Shown here: piece after piece, positions 48,303 to 58,129 of the stretch
Numbering within the stretch: the stretch's first letter is position 1
Layout: the number at the start of each line of letters is the position of its first letter
Assembly (NCBI GenBank): GCA_026415395.1
Contig: JAOAHD010000007.1
Location: forward strand, 715,304 to 779,303
From: Candidatus Binatia bacterium
GTDB lineage: Bacteria > Desulfobacterota > Binatia > HRBIN30
Direction of reading: 5' to 3'
DNA length: 64,000 nucleotides
Position numbers and translations under genes: made by a program
The notes under the pieces: model-generated
Seen by the model: only the letters and a program-made list of their open reading frames with translations
Told to the model about the DNA's origin: nothing
Database searches by the model: none

Positions 48303-51300
48303 ATGAACTACGTCGAGCTCCGCTGTCATTCGGCATTTCACTTTCTCGCCGCCGCTTCCTTGCCGGAAGACCTCGTTGCCCGCGCGGCTGCTCTCGGGTA
48401 CGACGTGTGTGCTCTAGGCGATGCCGACGGCGTGTACGGTGCCCCGCGCTTTTACCGGGCCGCACGCGAGGCTGGGATCCGGCCGTTAGTGGGCTGTGAG
48501 TTGACACTACGGCGCTGGGGTGAGGAAGGCCAATCCACGCGCCGCCCGCCCACACACTTGTATGTGTTGGTGGCTACTCGCACAGGTTACAGCAATCTGT
48601 GCCGTTTAATCACCCAGAACAAGCGCAAGTTTCCCAAGGGGGCAGCCGTGCTCACATGGGAAGAATTGACGGGGTTTACCGATGGGCTCATTTGTCTGGC
48701 CCGCGACGCATTGTTTCCCGAACCGTTTTGCTTTGCCCCCGAAGCCCTGCAAACACTTCGCCGCTTGTTCCCTGGCCGTTTGTATCTCGAACTCCACCGC
48801 CACGGTGATCCGGCAGAGGAGCGCCACAACCGCATTCTGTGCGACGTGGCAGCCCGCTTCGGTGTGCCCCTCGTGGCCACCAACGACGTGCGTTACGCCG
48901 TACCCGAGCTGCAATCCCTCTGCGACGTGCTCACCTGCATTCGCCACCACACCACGATCGATGCCGCCGGATGGCTGCTCGAGCGCAATGCCGAGCGTTA
49001 CCTCAAACCGCCAGCAGAGATGGAGCAACTGTTCAGCGATTTTCCGGCGGCCGTCCGCAATACACGGGCGATTGCCGAGCAATGCGAATTTACCCTCGCC
49101 AACTTGGGTTATCGTTTCCCGGAATATCCCGTGCCGGCAGGGCAAACAGCGCAAGAGCATTTGCGGGAGTTGGTCTACCGCGGTGCGCGTGAAAGTTACC
49201 GTTGCCTGACGGCAAAAGTGCGGGGCCAGCTCGAACACGAGCTGCATGTAATCGGCAAACTCGGGTTAGCAGGATATTTTTTGATCGTTTGGGACATTGT
49301 TCGCTTTTGCCGCGAGCAAGGAATCCTCGCACAAGGGCGCGGCTCTGCCGCCAACAGTGCCGTATGTTACGCCTTGGGGATCACGGCAGTCGATCCGGTG
49401 GGGATGGAGCTTCTCTTCGAACGCTTCCTTTCGGAAGAACGGGGTGAATGGCCGGATATCGACATTGACCTTCCAAGCGGCGACCAGCGCGAGCGCGTGC
49501 TGCAGTATGTGTATGGCCGTTACGGTCCTCATGGCGCTGCCATGACCGCCAATGTGATCACCTACCGCTTGCGCAGTGCCGTGCGGGAAGTGGGGAAAGC
49601 GTTGGGGTTTTCGTTGGAGCAGCTCGACCGTTTGGCCAAGTTCCTTCACCGCTTCGAATTCCGTGATGCGCACGACAACGACCTCCCGGCTCACATGCAT
49701 GCGGCTGGGCTCGACCCACAGGCCCCCCGATCGCGTTTGCTCGTGCAACTCGTCGAGCGCATTTTGCACCTCCCGCGCCACTTGGGTCAGCATTCTGGCG
49801 GAATGATTATCGCGGCCGGGCGGCTCGACGAAATCGTGCCCTTGGAGCCCGCGCGCATGCCCGGGCGTGTGGTCGTGCAGTGGGACAAGGACGATTGTGC
49901 CGACCTTGGAATCATCAAGGTCGACTTGCTCGGCCTCGGCATGATGGCCGTTTTGGAGGAAGCGTTACCGCTGGTCCGCCAGCACGAAGGCGTGGAGATC
50001 GACCTCGCTCACTTGCCCCCCAACGACCCCAAAACTTACGCGCAACTGCAGCAAGCCGACACGGTCGGCGTCTTCCAAGTAGAAAGCCGCGCGCAGATGG
50101 CCACGTTGCCGCGTCTCCGGCCACGGTGTTTTTACGACTTGGTGGTGGAGGTGGCCCTGATCCGCCCCGGACCGATTGTTGGTCAAATGGTGCATCCTTA
50201 CCTGCGCCGCCGCGCCGGACGCGAACCGATTACGTACCCCCATCCGTCGCTCGAACCTATTCTGCGGCGCACCCTTGGGGTGCCGTTGTTTCAAGAACAG
50301 TTGCTACGTATTGCCATGACGGTGGCCGGCTTCTCGGGTGGCGAAGCCGAAGAGCTCCGGCGGGCCATGGGGTTTAAGCGCTCGCTCGAACGGATGCGCG
50401 CCATCGAAGCCAAACTGCGTGCCGGCATGGCTGCCCGCGGCATCGTCGGCAAAACGGCGGAAGAAATCGTGCGCAGCATTACCTCGTTTGCTCTTTATGG
50501 GTTCCCTGAATCACATGCTGCCAGCTTTGCCTTGTTGGCGTATGCTTCGGCATACCTCAAGGCACACCATCCCGCAGCGTTTACTTGCGCCTTGCTGAAC
50601 AATTGGCCCATGGGTTTTTATCACCCCGCTACCATTGTGAAGGATGCCCAACGCCACGGGGTGCGGGTGCTGCCGATCGATGTGACCCGCTCGACGTGGC
50701 GGTGCAGCTTGGAGCGGATGGCGGCTGGGGAGGGAAGCCGGCTTTGCTTGCGGCTCGGGCTCAAGTACGTGCGGGGTTTGCGCGCAGAAGCAGGCGAGCG
50801 CATTGTGCGGGAACGAGAAACAAAACCCTTTGCCTCGCTGGAGGATTTTGTTCATCGCTGTGCTTTGCGCGAGAGCGAGCTTGCCACGCTGGCGGAAATC
50901 GGGGCATTGGCAGCGTTCGGACACACGCGCCGGAGTGCCTTGTGGCAAGCCGCTGCTGTTGCGCGTGGCCCGCTGTTTGCCGCTGCAACCGAGCAAGACC
51001 ACAATAATGAAGTCGAGCCGAGCCCTCTGCCAGAGATGCTCCCCGTGGAGCGTACTTTGGCAGACTTAAAGGGAAGTGGCGTTACCGTTGGCCCGCATCT
51101 CATGGCACATTGGCGAGCGCAGCTCGAGGCACGAGGCTTTGTACCGGCACGCACTCTACCCCACTGCCACCACGGACAGTGGGTGAAAGTGGCGGGGCAT
51201 GTCATCGTCCGCCAACGCCCAGGTACAGCCAAGGGCTTTTGTTTTCTCACGCTGGAAGACGAAACTGGCTTGGCCAATGTGGTTCTGACCCCGGCATTCT

Positions 51301-51458
51301 TCGAACGGCACCGTACCTTGTTGCTCACCGCACCTTTGCTGGAAGTAGAAGGTTATTTGCAGCACGTCGATGGGGTCATTCACGTTCGTGCGCAAAGATT
51401 GCATCGCCTTGCGCTCTCCCAGGCACTCACCTCCTCTGAGCTCACAAGCGACGCATGA
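48303..51458 (+). CDS. dnaE2: error-prone DNA polymerase DnaE2 (ImuC)
   Basis: It starts with the PHP domain MNYVELRCHSAFHFLAAAS.. and is about 1050 aa of Pol III alpha homolog without a tau-binding tail. ATG 48303 is preferred. Confidence 0.9.
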   Translation: MNYVELRCHSAFHFLAAASLPEDLVARAAALGYDVCALGDADGVYGAPRFYRAAREAGIRPLVGCELTLRRWGEEGQSTRRPPTHLYVLVATRTGYSNLCRLITQNKRKFPKGAAVLTWEELTGFTDGLICLARDALFPEPFCFAPEALQTLRRLFPGRLYLELHRHGDPAEERHNRILCDVAARFGVPLVATNDVRYAVPELQSLCDVLTCIRHHTTIDAAGWLLERNAERYLKPPAEMEQLFSDFPAAVRNTRAIAEQCEFTLANLGYRFPEYPVPAGQTAQEHLRELVYRGARESYRCLTAKVRGQLEHELHVIGKLGLAGYFLIVWDIVRFCREQGILAQGRGSAANSAVCYALGITAVDPVGMELLFERFLSEERGEWPDIDIDLPSGDQRERVLQYVYGRYGPHGAAMTANVITYRLRSAVREVGKALGFSLEQLDRLAKFLHRFEFRDAHDNDLPAHMHAAGLDPQAPRSRLLVQLVERILHLPRHLGQHSGGMIIAAGRLDEIVPLEPARMPGRVVVQWDKDDCADLGIIKVDLLGLGMMAVLEEALPLVRQHEGVEIDLAHLPPNDPKTYAQLQQADTVGVFQVESRAQMATLPRLRPRCFYDLVVEVALIRPGPIVGQMVHPYLRRRAGREPITYPHPSLEPILRRTLGVPLFQEQLLRIAMTVAGFSGGEAEELRRAMGFKRSLERMRAIEAKLRAGMAARGIVGKTAEEIVRSITSFALYGFPESHAASFALLAYASAYLKAHHPAAFTCALLNNWPMGFYHPATIVKDAQRHGVRVLPIDVTRSTWRCSLERMAAGEGSRLCLRLGLKYVRGLRAEAGERIVRERETKPFASLEDFVHRCALRESELATLAEIGALAAFGHTRRSALWQAAAVARGPLFAAATEQDHNNEVEPSPLPEMLPVERTLADLKGSGVTVGPHLMAHWRAQLEARGFVPARTLPHCHHGQWVKVAGHVIVRQRPGTAKGFCFLTLEDETGLANVVLTPAFFERHRTLLLTAPLLEVEGYLQHVDGVIHVRAQRLHRLALSQALTSSELTSDA

Positions 51459-51564
51459 ACCACACCTTTCCCTGCGTCACACTGATGCCGATCGGACTCT
51501 TAGTGATGCCATTTTTGCCGCGATCGTACCTGCGGCGCTTGGCGCTGGTGTGCATTTGCCGGGG

Positions 51565-51750
51565 ATGGCCTATGCGGAACGGATTCTGCATCCCGTGGCC
51601 ACTATCATGCACATGCCTCAAACCTTAAAGCGCACCTTTGCCAAAGTGCACGTTGTTCCCGAGGAGCACCGGGAGCAGATTTGGGTTGCGCTTCTCCTGG
51701 TGGCGCTGGCGGTCATTACGCTGTTTATCTCCGTTCCGGTGATGCGCTAG
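51565..51750 (+). CDS. possible small membrane protein (61 aa)
   Basis: It reads MAYAERILHPV...EQIWVALLLVALAVITLFISVPVMR with one TM helix and a weak RBS. It is a low-confidence call. Confidence 0.2.
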   Translation: MAYAERILHPVATIMHMPQTLKRTFAKVHVVPEEHREQIWVALLLVALAVITLFISVPVMR

Positions 51751-51884
51751 CCGCGCCTGTGTCCGCCCACGCGGCCCTCGCTGCGAGCGAAAGCCAGCGA
51801 GTCCCTGCGCGGAGAAAGCTCCTGCATTCCGGACCGCAAGGAACGTGCTGAAGGCGACCGGCCCTTCCCGCCCCGCGGGGAAGC

Positions 51885-52796
51885 GTGCGTATAGCCGCGG
51901 CCGGAGGGCGCCGCGGACGGGATGGCCTGGGCAGCCTCGCCCGCGACGGGAGCGCGGGCGGGCCGGTGGATTGGTTGCGGTTTGGCGTCGCGTGCTGTAG
52001 CAGGCAGTGCGTGAAAGAAAGGCTGCGTCCGCTCAAGGCGCTGAGAGCCCTGCGTTACGCGCGGCAAGTGGCCAATTGGCCGGATGTGTTTCGCGCCTAC
52101 CTCCGCAACCGCGATGTGCAACGTTTAGTGCTGCGGAGCGGAGTGCGATGGCAAGCCCACGGGAATGTGCCGTTGATGGGGCTCTTTAACGAAGTGTGGC
52201 GGCACGATTGTTACCGCCTTCGCCAAGCGCCGCTTGCGGGGGAGGCCACGGTCATCGACATCGGCGCCAACGTCGGCGTATTTGCGGTGCTCGTGGCCAC
52301 GGAACTTCGAGCGCGTCGGGTTTATGCCTTTGAACCAAGCCCTCAAGCTGCCGATGACCTAGCTGCGAACGTGGCAGCGAATAAGCTCGAGGACAAGGTT
52401 TTCATCCGCCGCATGGCCGTGGCCGGATCCCGTGACACGCGCGCGTTCGCTGTGACCGAGTCGCAGGTTATGAATCGCATCGTTGCCTCAGGTGAAGCCA
52501 ACAAACAGGCAGTGCTAGTGCCCACCACCACGCTCGAGGCCATCTTTCGGGACGAAGGAATCGAATGGTGCGATTTCCTGAAGGTGGACTGCGAGGGGTC
52601 TGAATATGAGATCGTTTTAACCGCGCCCGACTGGGTATTGAGGAGGGTTGGCCGGATCGCCCTGGAATGGCATCGCGTGAAGGGGCATGGTCCGTGGGAG
52701 ATTGCAGAAAGATTGCGGCGCACGGACTTCAAGGTCGAGGTGGATGAGCGCCCCGGCGCGTGGCTGGGCTACATTTTCGCAACGGGCGTCGCCTGA
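51885..52796 (+). CDS. FkbM-family SAM-dependent methyltransferase
   Basis: It has ..VIDIGANVGVFAV..RVYAFEPSPQAADDLAANVAAN.. . The start is uncertain (TTG 51885, or GTG about 52011). Confidence 0.65.
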   Translation: MRIAAAGGRRGRDGLGSLARDGSAGGPVDWLRFGVACCSRQCVKERLRPLKALRALRYARQVANWPDVFRAYLRNRDVQRLVLRSGVRWQAHGNVPLMGLFNEVWRHDCYRLRQAPLAGEATVIDIGANVGVFAVLVATELRARRVYAFEPSPQAADDLAANVAANKLEDKVFIRRMAVAGSRDTRAFAVTESQVMNRIVASGEANKQAVLVPTTTLEAIFRDEGIEWCDFLKVDCEGSEYEIVLTAPDWVLRRVGRIALEWHRVKGHGPWEIAERLRRTDFKVEVDERPGAWLGYIFATGVA

Positions 52797-52940
52797 CGCC
52801 GAGGGGCTACGGTTGGTTTGGATTCATCTGGGTTGCGTGTGCGAAAGTTTTTTGTGCCAAACAAGCGGCATCCACTGCCCTTGCGCGAGAGCGTGCAAGC
52901 AGGATTAACGGCGTGCGGAACCACAGGAAGGAGAATGTGA

Positions 52941-53357
52941 ATGAAGCCATTACCACTGCAACGCTGGCATACGGGTGTGGAGGCGCGATCACTGGCCGAG
53001 ATTGAGGAGTTGTTGGAGGACGAGGCGGTGTTCTTTTCGCCGATCGTCTTCACTCCGCAACGGGGAAGAGAGCTCGTGAAGCTGTACCTTGCGGGCGCCA
53101 TGCAAGTCATTGCCAATGAGAACTTCCGCTACGTGAAAGAAATTGTCGGCCCTCATAGTGCGGTGTTGGAATTCGAGACCACGATCGACGGTGTATACGT
53201 CAACGGAGTCGACATCCTCACCTGGGACGACGCCGGTAAGCTCGTGGAAATCAAGGTGATGCTGCGGCCCCTCAAAGCGATCCAGCTCGTGCACGAACGC
53301 ATGGCAGCCATGCTCGCCGCACTGCAGAGCGACTCGGCCCAGTGTCAGGCTCGATAG
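52941..53357 (+). CDS. NTF2-like/SnoaL-like domain protein
   Basis: An RBS GGAAGGAG precedes the ATG. The alpha+beta cone pattern of about 138 aa is weakly recognisable. Confidence 0.45.
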   Translation: MKPLPLQRWHTGVEARSLAEIEELLEDEAVFFSPIVFTPQRGRELVKLYLAGAMQVIANENFRYVKEIVGPHSAVLEFETTIDGVYVNGVDILTWDDAGKLVEIKVMLRPLKAIQLVHERMAAMLAALQSDSAQCQAR

Positions 53358-53619
53358 CACTGGGCGGAAGCGCCCGACGAGAAGGGTGCCGCGATGAGTG
53401 GCAGAGCCACGGGTTGCCAGCAGCGGCGTGCGCGAAGGCTCGTGTTGCGGGACCGTGTGGAGAGGTCGCAGCGCCGGTGTGGTCGAGCGGTCACTGGTGG
53501 ACTGCCCGCAACCAGTAGTCGGGCACCGTATGCAACGGCACGCCTGGGTAGATGGTCAGGCCACGATGTCGACGTGCCGCGGTCGATGTGGTAGCCGATA
53601 CCGGGCGAGACCAGAGTTT

Positions 53620-54177
53620 ATGAAGCGTTGGTTTGCTTTATCGGCAATCGGACCCGATCGCCCCGGAATCGTCGCGGATCTAGCGGAGCTCATTTATGAG
53701 TGTGACTGCAACCTCGAAGACTCCAGCATGACCGTTTTGGGCAGCGAATTTGCCGTGTTGCTGTTGCTCACGGGCGAGGGAGAAGACTTGGAGCGGCGGT
53801 TGTCGTCGGCATGTAAGCGCTTGGAGTGGGAGAAACGCCTCACCGTCTTCTTCCGGCCGCTCGAAGGGGAACCCGTGCCCTACCGTTTGGCTACAGGGGC
53901 CCGGCCTTACGCGTTGCAGGCGACCGGTGTGGACAAGGCAGGAATCGTGGCGCGCATCGCCCGTGTGCTGGCCGAGCACGGGGTGAACATCACCAAAATG
54001 GAAACAACGTCGCGCCCGGAGCCGGGTACCGGGACACCGATTTACCAAATGTCGATTGCCATGGATGTGCCGGCGCGCACAGACGAAGCGAGGCTGCGCG
54101 CCGATCTCGAGCGGGCTGCGGCGGAACTCCTCATCGATGTACAGCTCGAGCCCGTGCAAGCCACGGCCACACGGTAG
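53620..54177 (+). CDS. tandem ACT-domain protein (GcvR-like regulator)
   Basis: Two ACT-like units are present (..LSAIGPDRPGIVADLAELI.. and ..LQATGVDKAGIVARIARVLAEHGVNI..). The ATG at 53620 is the real start; the long upstream extension from 53398 is rejected. Confidence 0.6.
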   Translation: MKRWFALSAIGPDRPGIVADLAELIYECDCNLEDSSMTVLGSEFAVLLLLTGEGEDLERRLSSACKRLEWEKRLTVFFRPLEGEPVPYRLATGARPYALQATGVDKAGIVARIARVLAEHGVNITKMETTSRPEPGTGTPIYQMSIAMDVPARTDEARLRADLERAAAELLIDVQLEPVQATATR

Positions 54178-54266
54178 CGGCGAAGCCCATGGGTATTTTT
54201 AGCGTGGGACTGTTTCCGCTCGTGGCTTGTCCTGCTAGCTAACACGGGCACAAAAGGAGGCCGCCC

Positions 54267-54461
54267 ATGTTTGGATTAGGGGTTCCCGAACTCATCATCA
54301 TCCTGGTGGTGGCGTTGATTATCTTTGGGCCGGGTAAACTTCCGGAGATTGGGGGAGCACTCGGCCGTGGTATCCGCGACTTCAAGCGCAGCTTTGAAGG
54401 TCGAGACGAAGAGCCGAAAAAAGTCGAGAACAACGGCGAAAAAGGCGGCCCTGCGGCGTAG
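54267..54461 (+). CDS. tatA: twin-arginine translocase subunit TatA/E
   Basis: An RBS AAGGAGG precedes it. It reads [43 protein letters not shown]. Confidence 0.85.
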   Translation: MFGLGVPELIIILVVALIIFGPGKLPEIGGALGRGIRDFKRSFEGRDEEPKKVENNGEKGGPAA

Positions 54462-54471
54462 TGGTGTGTGA

Positions 54472-55662
54472 TCACCCGCGGGGTAACCCCAAAAGGCGCT
54501 GGGCGATGATGTTGCGCTGGATTTCCGAAGTGCCGGACGCGATTGTCATGGCCCGGGCCATCAGCCAGGCATGCTGCCACGCGCCGTCGCGCAGCACCCG
54601 TTCGTCTCCTCGCCACAGTTGGGCGTAGGGTCCCTGTGCGGTCAGGGCGAAGTCGAGAAAGCGCTGGGCGAGCTCTGATCCATAAAGCTTAAGGAGCGAC
54701 ACATCGGTGGGCGTGCGGCCGTGTTGTAGGTCGCTGACCAGCGCTAGGCCGTGAAAGCCCATAATTGCCACCTCGGTCCAAAACTCGGCAAAGCGCTGGC
54801 GTACGAGTGGATCACCTGCCCGACCGCTGGACTGCAACCATCGGCGTAACTCTTCGAGCTCTACTTGCCGCCGCACGTGATCGACGAGCAACAACGTACC
54901 GCGCTCGTGGCCGAGCGCGGTGAGAATGACTTGCCATCCATTGTGCAATTCGCCGACCAAGTTGGTGACCGGCACTTGCACATTTTCAAGGAACACTTCG
55001 TTAAAGTCGCTGTCTCCGGTAATTTCACGCAGCGGCCGCACAGTTACTCCTGCACTGCGCATGGGCAAAATCAGGCAGCTAATGCCCTTGTGTGGAGCGG
55101 CCTGCGGGCCGGTACGCACGAGAAAGAGCCCGTAATCGGCTTGCTTGGCATAAGTCGTCCACACCTTCTGACCGTTGACCACAAAAACATCTCCACGCTG
55201 CTCGGCGCGTGTTCGGAGGGAGGCTAAATCCGAGCCAGCATTGGGTTCGGAGAAGCCGAGGCACCAGAGTTCCTCGGCGGACAACAGCGGCGGTAGATAC
55301 CGCTGGCGCTGTGCAGGAGTGCCGAACACGAGCAAGGTGGGAGCGAAAATGCTGACGGCCGCACCGTTCACCAGTGGAGGTCCATCAGCACGCGCTAATT
55401 CTTGCTGCACAGCCAAGTGCTCGAGCAGCGAAGCCCCTCGTCCGCCGACTTCCTCTGGAAAGTGGACGGCGACCCAACGCTCTTGTTGCAAGGCCCTCTG
55501 CCAGGCGCGGAGAAACTCCACCCGCGCGCCCATGTCCTGGCTGTGGCGCAAGCCTCTCCACTCCGCGCACGCACTTTGGTGCGCCATGAGCCACCGGCGA
55601 AACTCACAGCGGGTTTGCTCCACGCGTTCGAGGGGTTCAAAATCCATGGCGGCGTGAGTCAA
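54472..55662 (-). CDS. acyl-CoA dehydrogenase
   Basis: It has the ACAD fold (..GFSEPNAGSD..FVVNGQKVWTT..) and a C-terminal catalytic-base region. It is 396 aa. Confidence 0.8.
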   Translation of the reverse strand: MTHAAMDFEPLERVEQTRCEFRRWLMAHQSACAEWRGLRHSQDMGARVEFLRAWQRALQQERWVAVHFPEEVGGRGASLLEHLAVQQELARADGPPLVNGAAVSIFAPTLLVFGTPAQRQRYLPPLLSAEELWCLGFSEPNAGSDLASLRTRAEQRGDVFVVNGQKVWTTYAKQADYGLFLVRTGPQAAPHKGISCLILPMRSAGVTVRPLREITGDSDFNEVFLENVQVPVTNLVGELHNGWQVILTALGHERGTLLLVDHVRRQVELEELRRWLQSSGRAGDPLVRQRFAEFWTEVAIMGFHGLALVSDLQHGRTPTDVSLLKLYGSELAQRFLDFALTAQGPYAQLWRGDERVLRDGAWQHAWLMARAMTIASGTSEIQRNIIAQRLLGLPRG

Positions 55663-55735
55663 TCAATCGATTGACGCGAAATATGCGAAATGGTAGCCGA
55701 AGTCAAATTGCCAGATTTTCACGGGAGGAAGGGTC

Positions 55736-56653
55736 ATGCTGCTGGAAGGTCGAGTTGCTGTAGTCACTGGAGCGGGCCGCGGCGTGGGTCGCGGTATTGC
55801 TTTGGAGTTAGCGCGCAACGGAGCCAAGGTCGTTGTGAACGACCTCGGGTGTGGGGTCGATGGCCAAGGGAAGGCAGAAGACCCGGCCATGCAAGTGGTG
55901 GAAGAGATTCGCGCGATGGGCGGGCAGGCGGTGCCCAACTACGACTCCGTGGCTTCGTTCGAAGGGGCCAAGCGGATTATCGATACGGCGCTCGAAAATT
56001 TTGGCAGGATCGACATCCTTGTGAACAATGCCGGTATTTTGCGTGACCGCACGATGGTGAAAATGACGGAGGAGGATTTCGACGCGGTCATTGCCGTCCA
56101 TCTCAAGGGAACGTGGAATTGCGGCCGGCACGCGATCCCGCACATGCGCGAACAAAACTACGGCCGCATCATCAATATCACTTCGAGCGCGGGGCTGCGG
56201 GGGAATTTCGGGCAAAGCAATTACGGGGCGGCGAAGGCTGGGATCATGGGCCTGACCCTGTGTTGGGCGCTGGAGCTTGCTCGCTACGGCATCACCGTGA
56301 ACGCAATGGCGCCAGCTGGCCTCACCCGAATGGTGGCAACGATGCCGGGAATGGAAAACAAGGAGCCGCCGCACGAAATGCACCCGGATCGCAATGCCCC
56401 CATGGTGGCGTTTCTCGCATCGGAAAAAGCCGCCCATGTGAACGGCCAAATTTTTGGGCGGCGGGGGTACGGATTTACCCTGTTCCAGCAACTGCGGCCG
56501 ATTGCCATGATGTACAAGCCGGGAGGGCTCACGGCCGAGGAAATTGCGGCCAACTTCGATGGGGTCTTCCTCGAACATTTGCAGCCCATTGGCATCCCGC
56601 AGTTGCGTCGCGACGACAACAAAAAGGAAGAGAAAAAGGAAGAAAAGAAGTAG
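55736..56653 (+). CDS. MFE-2 (HSD17B4)-type (3R)-hydroxyacyl-CoA dehydrogenase, SDR family
   Basis: It has GRVAVVTGAGRGVGRGIALELARNGAKVVVNDLG and ..NNAGILRDR..SSAGLRGNFGQSNYGAAKAG.., which closely mirror the MFE-2 dehydrogenase domain. Confidence 0.75.
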   Translation: MLLEGRVAVVTGAGRGVGRGIALELARNGAKVVVNDLGCGVDGQGKAEDPAMQVVEEIRAMGGQAVPNYDSVASFEGAKRIIDTALENFGRIDILVNNAGILRDRTMVKMTEEDFDAVIAVHLKGTWNCGRHAIPHMREQNYGRIINITSSAGLRGNFGQSNYGAAKAGIMGLTLCWALELARYGITVNAMAPAGLTRMVATMPGMENKEPPHEMHPDRNAPMVAFLASEKAAHVNGQIFGRRGYGFTLFQQLRPIAMMYKPGGLTAEEIAANFDGVFLEHLQPIGIPQLRRDDNKKEEKKEEKK

Positions 56654-56662
56654 GGAAGCCAG

Positions 56663-58096
56663 ATGCGTGAAGTAGGAATTCGGTCGCAAGCCGCCTACAT
56701 CCCCATGTTGCGCTTGTCGCTGGGGGCGATCAGCGGCGGGCGCAAGGCCAGTGGCGGGAGTGGCGAGCGGGCAGTGGTGTACTTTGATGAAGATCCCGTC
56801 ACCATGGCCGTGGCAGCCGGTATGGCTTGTCTTGAGGGAATCGACCGCACGGAGGTGGACGCTCTTTATTTTGCTTCTACCTCCTACCCGTACCGGGAGA
56901 AGCAAGGAGCGGCATTAATTGCCAAGGCTTTGGATTTGCGCCGCGATGTGATGACTGCGGACCTGACGGACTCCACGCGTGCGGGCACCGCAGCGGTTCG
57001 GGCTGCGATGGATGCGGTGCGGGCTGGCAGTGCCCGCAATGCCCTGGTGATTGCGGCGGACGCGCGCCCGGCTCCTCCCCGGAGCCCACTGGAACGCAAC
57101 TTCGGTGATGCTGCAGCCGCCTTTTTGATCGGGGGCGACGACCTTGCAGCGGTGTTCGAAGAGCAGGTGTTCCTGGCTGAAGAGATCATCGATGTGTGGC
57201 GCACGGAGTGGGATCGCTTCGTGCGCTCGTGGGAAGACCGCTTTGTCGTGGAACGCGGCTACAGCGAAAACATCGTTGAGGCCATTCGCGCCCTGTTGAA
57301 GAAAACTGGAACCGCGCCGGGAGATTTCTCGAAGCTCGTAGCGTACACCCCGGATGCCCGCAGCTTGGCGGGTGTGGCACGGGCGACCGGGTTCGAGGCG
57401 AAGACCCAGGTGCAAGATGCGCTGTTTGGCAAGGTGGGAAACTGCGGGGCCGCCTTTGCTCCGCTGCTGCTGGCCGCGGCCTTAGAACAAGCTCGTGACG
57501 GCGAGCGTTTGCTGTGGGCGAATTATGGCGACGGGGCCGATGCAATGCTGGTGCGTACTACCGACAAGGTAGCGAGTTTGGGTAAACGTCGTGGCGTGCA
57601 GTGGCACCTGGCGCGGCGGCGCGAGTTCGCGGACTACGACCGCTATTTGAATTACCGGAACCTTTACCCAAGCGAGAGCGACCGGCGCGCCGGCCAAGGT
57701 GTGTCGGCAACGGTGCATTATCGTGACCGCAACGAGGACATCGCTTTCCACGGTTACCGCTGCCGCCGCTGTCGGACGGAGCAGTTCCCGTTTCAGCGAG
57801 TCTGCTTTCAGTGTTTTGCGCGCGACGACTTCGACGAAATCCGCTTGGCGGAGCGCCACGGGAAGGTGATGTCGTATACGTTCGACTATTTCGCAGGCAG
57901 CCCTGACCCACCGTTGATCGTAACGACCATTGAAATTGACGGCGGCGCGAGGGTGTACTTGCAAATGACCGATGCCACACCGACAGAGGTCAAGCTGGAT
58001 ATGCCCGTGGAGTTCACCTTTCGGAAGATTCACGAGTATGGGGGCACGCCCAACTATTTTTGGAAGTGTACCCCGGTCAGGAATATCGCCTGGTAA
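56663..58096 (+). CDS. HMG-CoA-synthase-like (thiolase-fold) domain fused to DUF35 Zn-ribbon/OB-fold domain
   Basis: The N-terminal ~340 aa have HMGCS-like topology (..ALYFASTSYPYREKQGAALIAKALDL..). The C-terminal CRRCRTEQFPFQRVCFQC + OB fold is typical of DUF35 scaffolds. The gene is followed by an SCP2-type thiolase. Confidence 0.65.
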   Translation: MREVGIRSQAAYIPMLRLSLGAISGGRKASGGSGERAVVYFDEDPVTMAVAAGMACLEGIDRTEVDALYFASTSYPYREKQGAALIAKALDLRRDVMTADLTDSTRAGTAAVRAAMDAVRAGSARNALVIAADARPAPPRSPLERNFGDAAAAFLIGGDDLAAVFEEQVFLAEEIIDVWRTEWDRFVRSWEDRFVVERGYSENIVEAIRALLKKTGTAPGDFSKLVAYTPDARSLAGVARATGFEAKTQVQDALFGKVGNCGAAFAPLLLAAALEQARDGERLLWANYGDGADAMLVRTTDKVASLGKRRGVQWHLARRREFADYDRYLNYRNLYPSESDRRAGQGVSATVHYRDRNEDIAFHGYRCRRCRTEQFPFQRVCFQCFARDDFDEIRLAERHGKVMSYTFDYFAGSPDPPLIVTTIEIDGGARVYLQMTDATPTEVKLDMPVEFTFRKIHEYGGTPNYFWKCTPVRNIAW

Positions 58097-58129
58097 CCAG
58101 GAAGTGACCAGCGCAAGCGGAGGGCAACG

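Noticed and set aside
47833-49793. Minus-strand ORFs 47833..48555, 48606..49247, 49266..49793 inside imuB/dnaE2
   Set aside because: They are antisense to the strongly supported polymerase genes and have no motifs.
53398-53619. Upstream extension of the ACT-domain ORF (TTG 53398)
   Set aside because: The extension is Arg/Cys/Gly-rich junk. A clean ATG at 53620 begins the ACT fold (MKRWFALSAIGPDRPGIV).
53357-53620. Candidate glycine riboswitch upstream of the GcvR-like gene
   Set aside because: GGAGAG is present, but the conserved CUCUGGAGAG...ACCGAAGGGGCAA core and the tandem aptamer arrangement are not recognisable.
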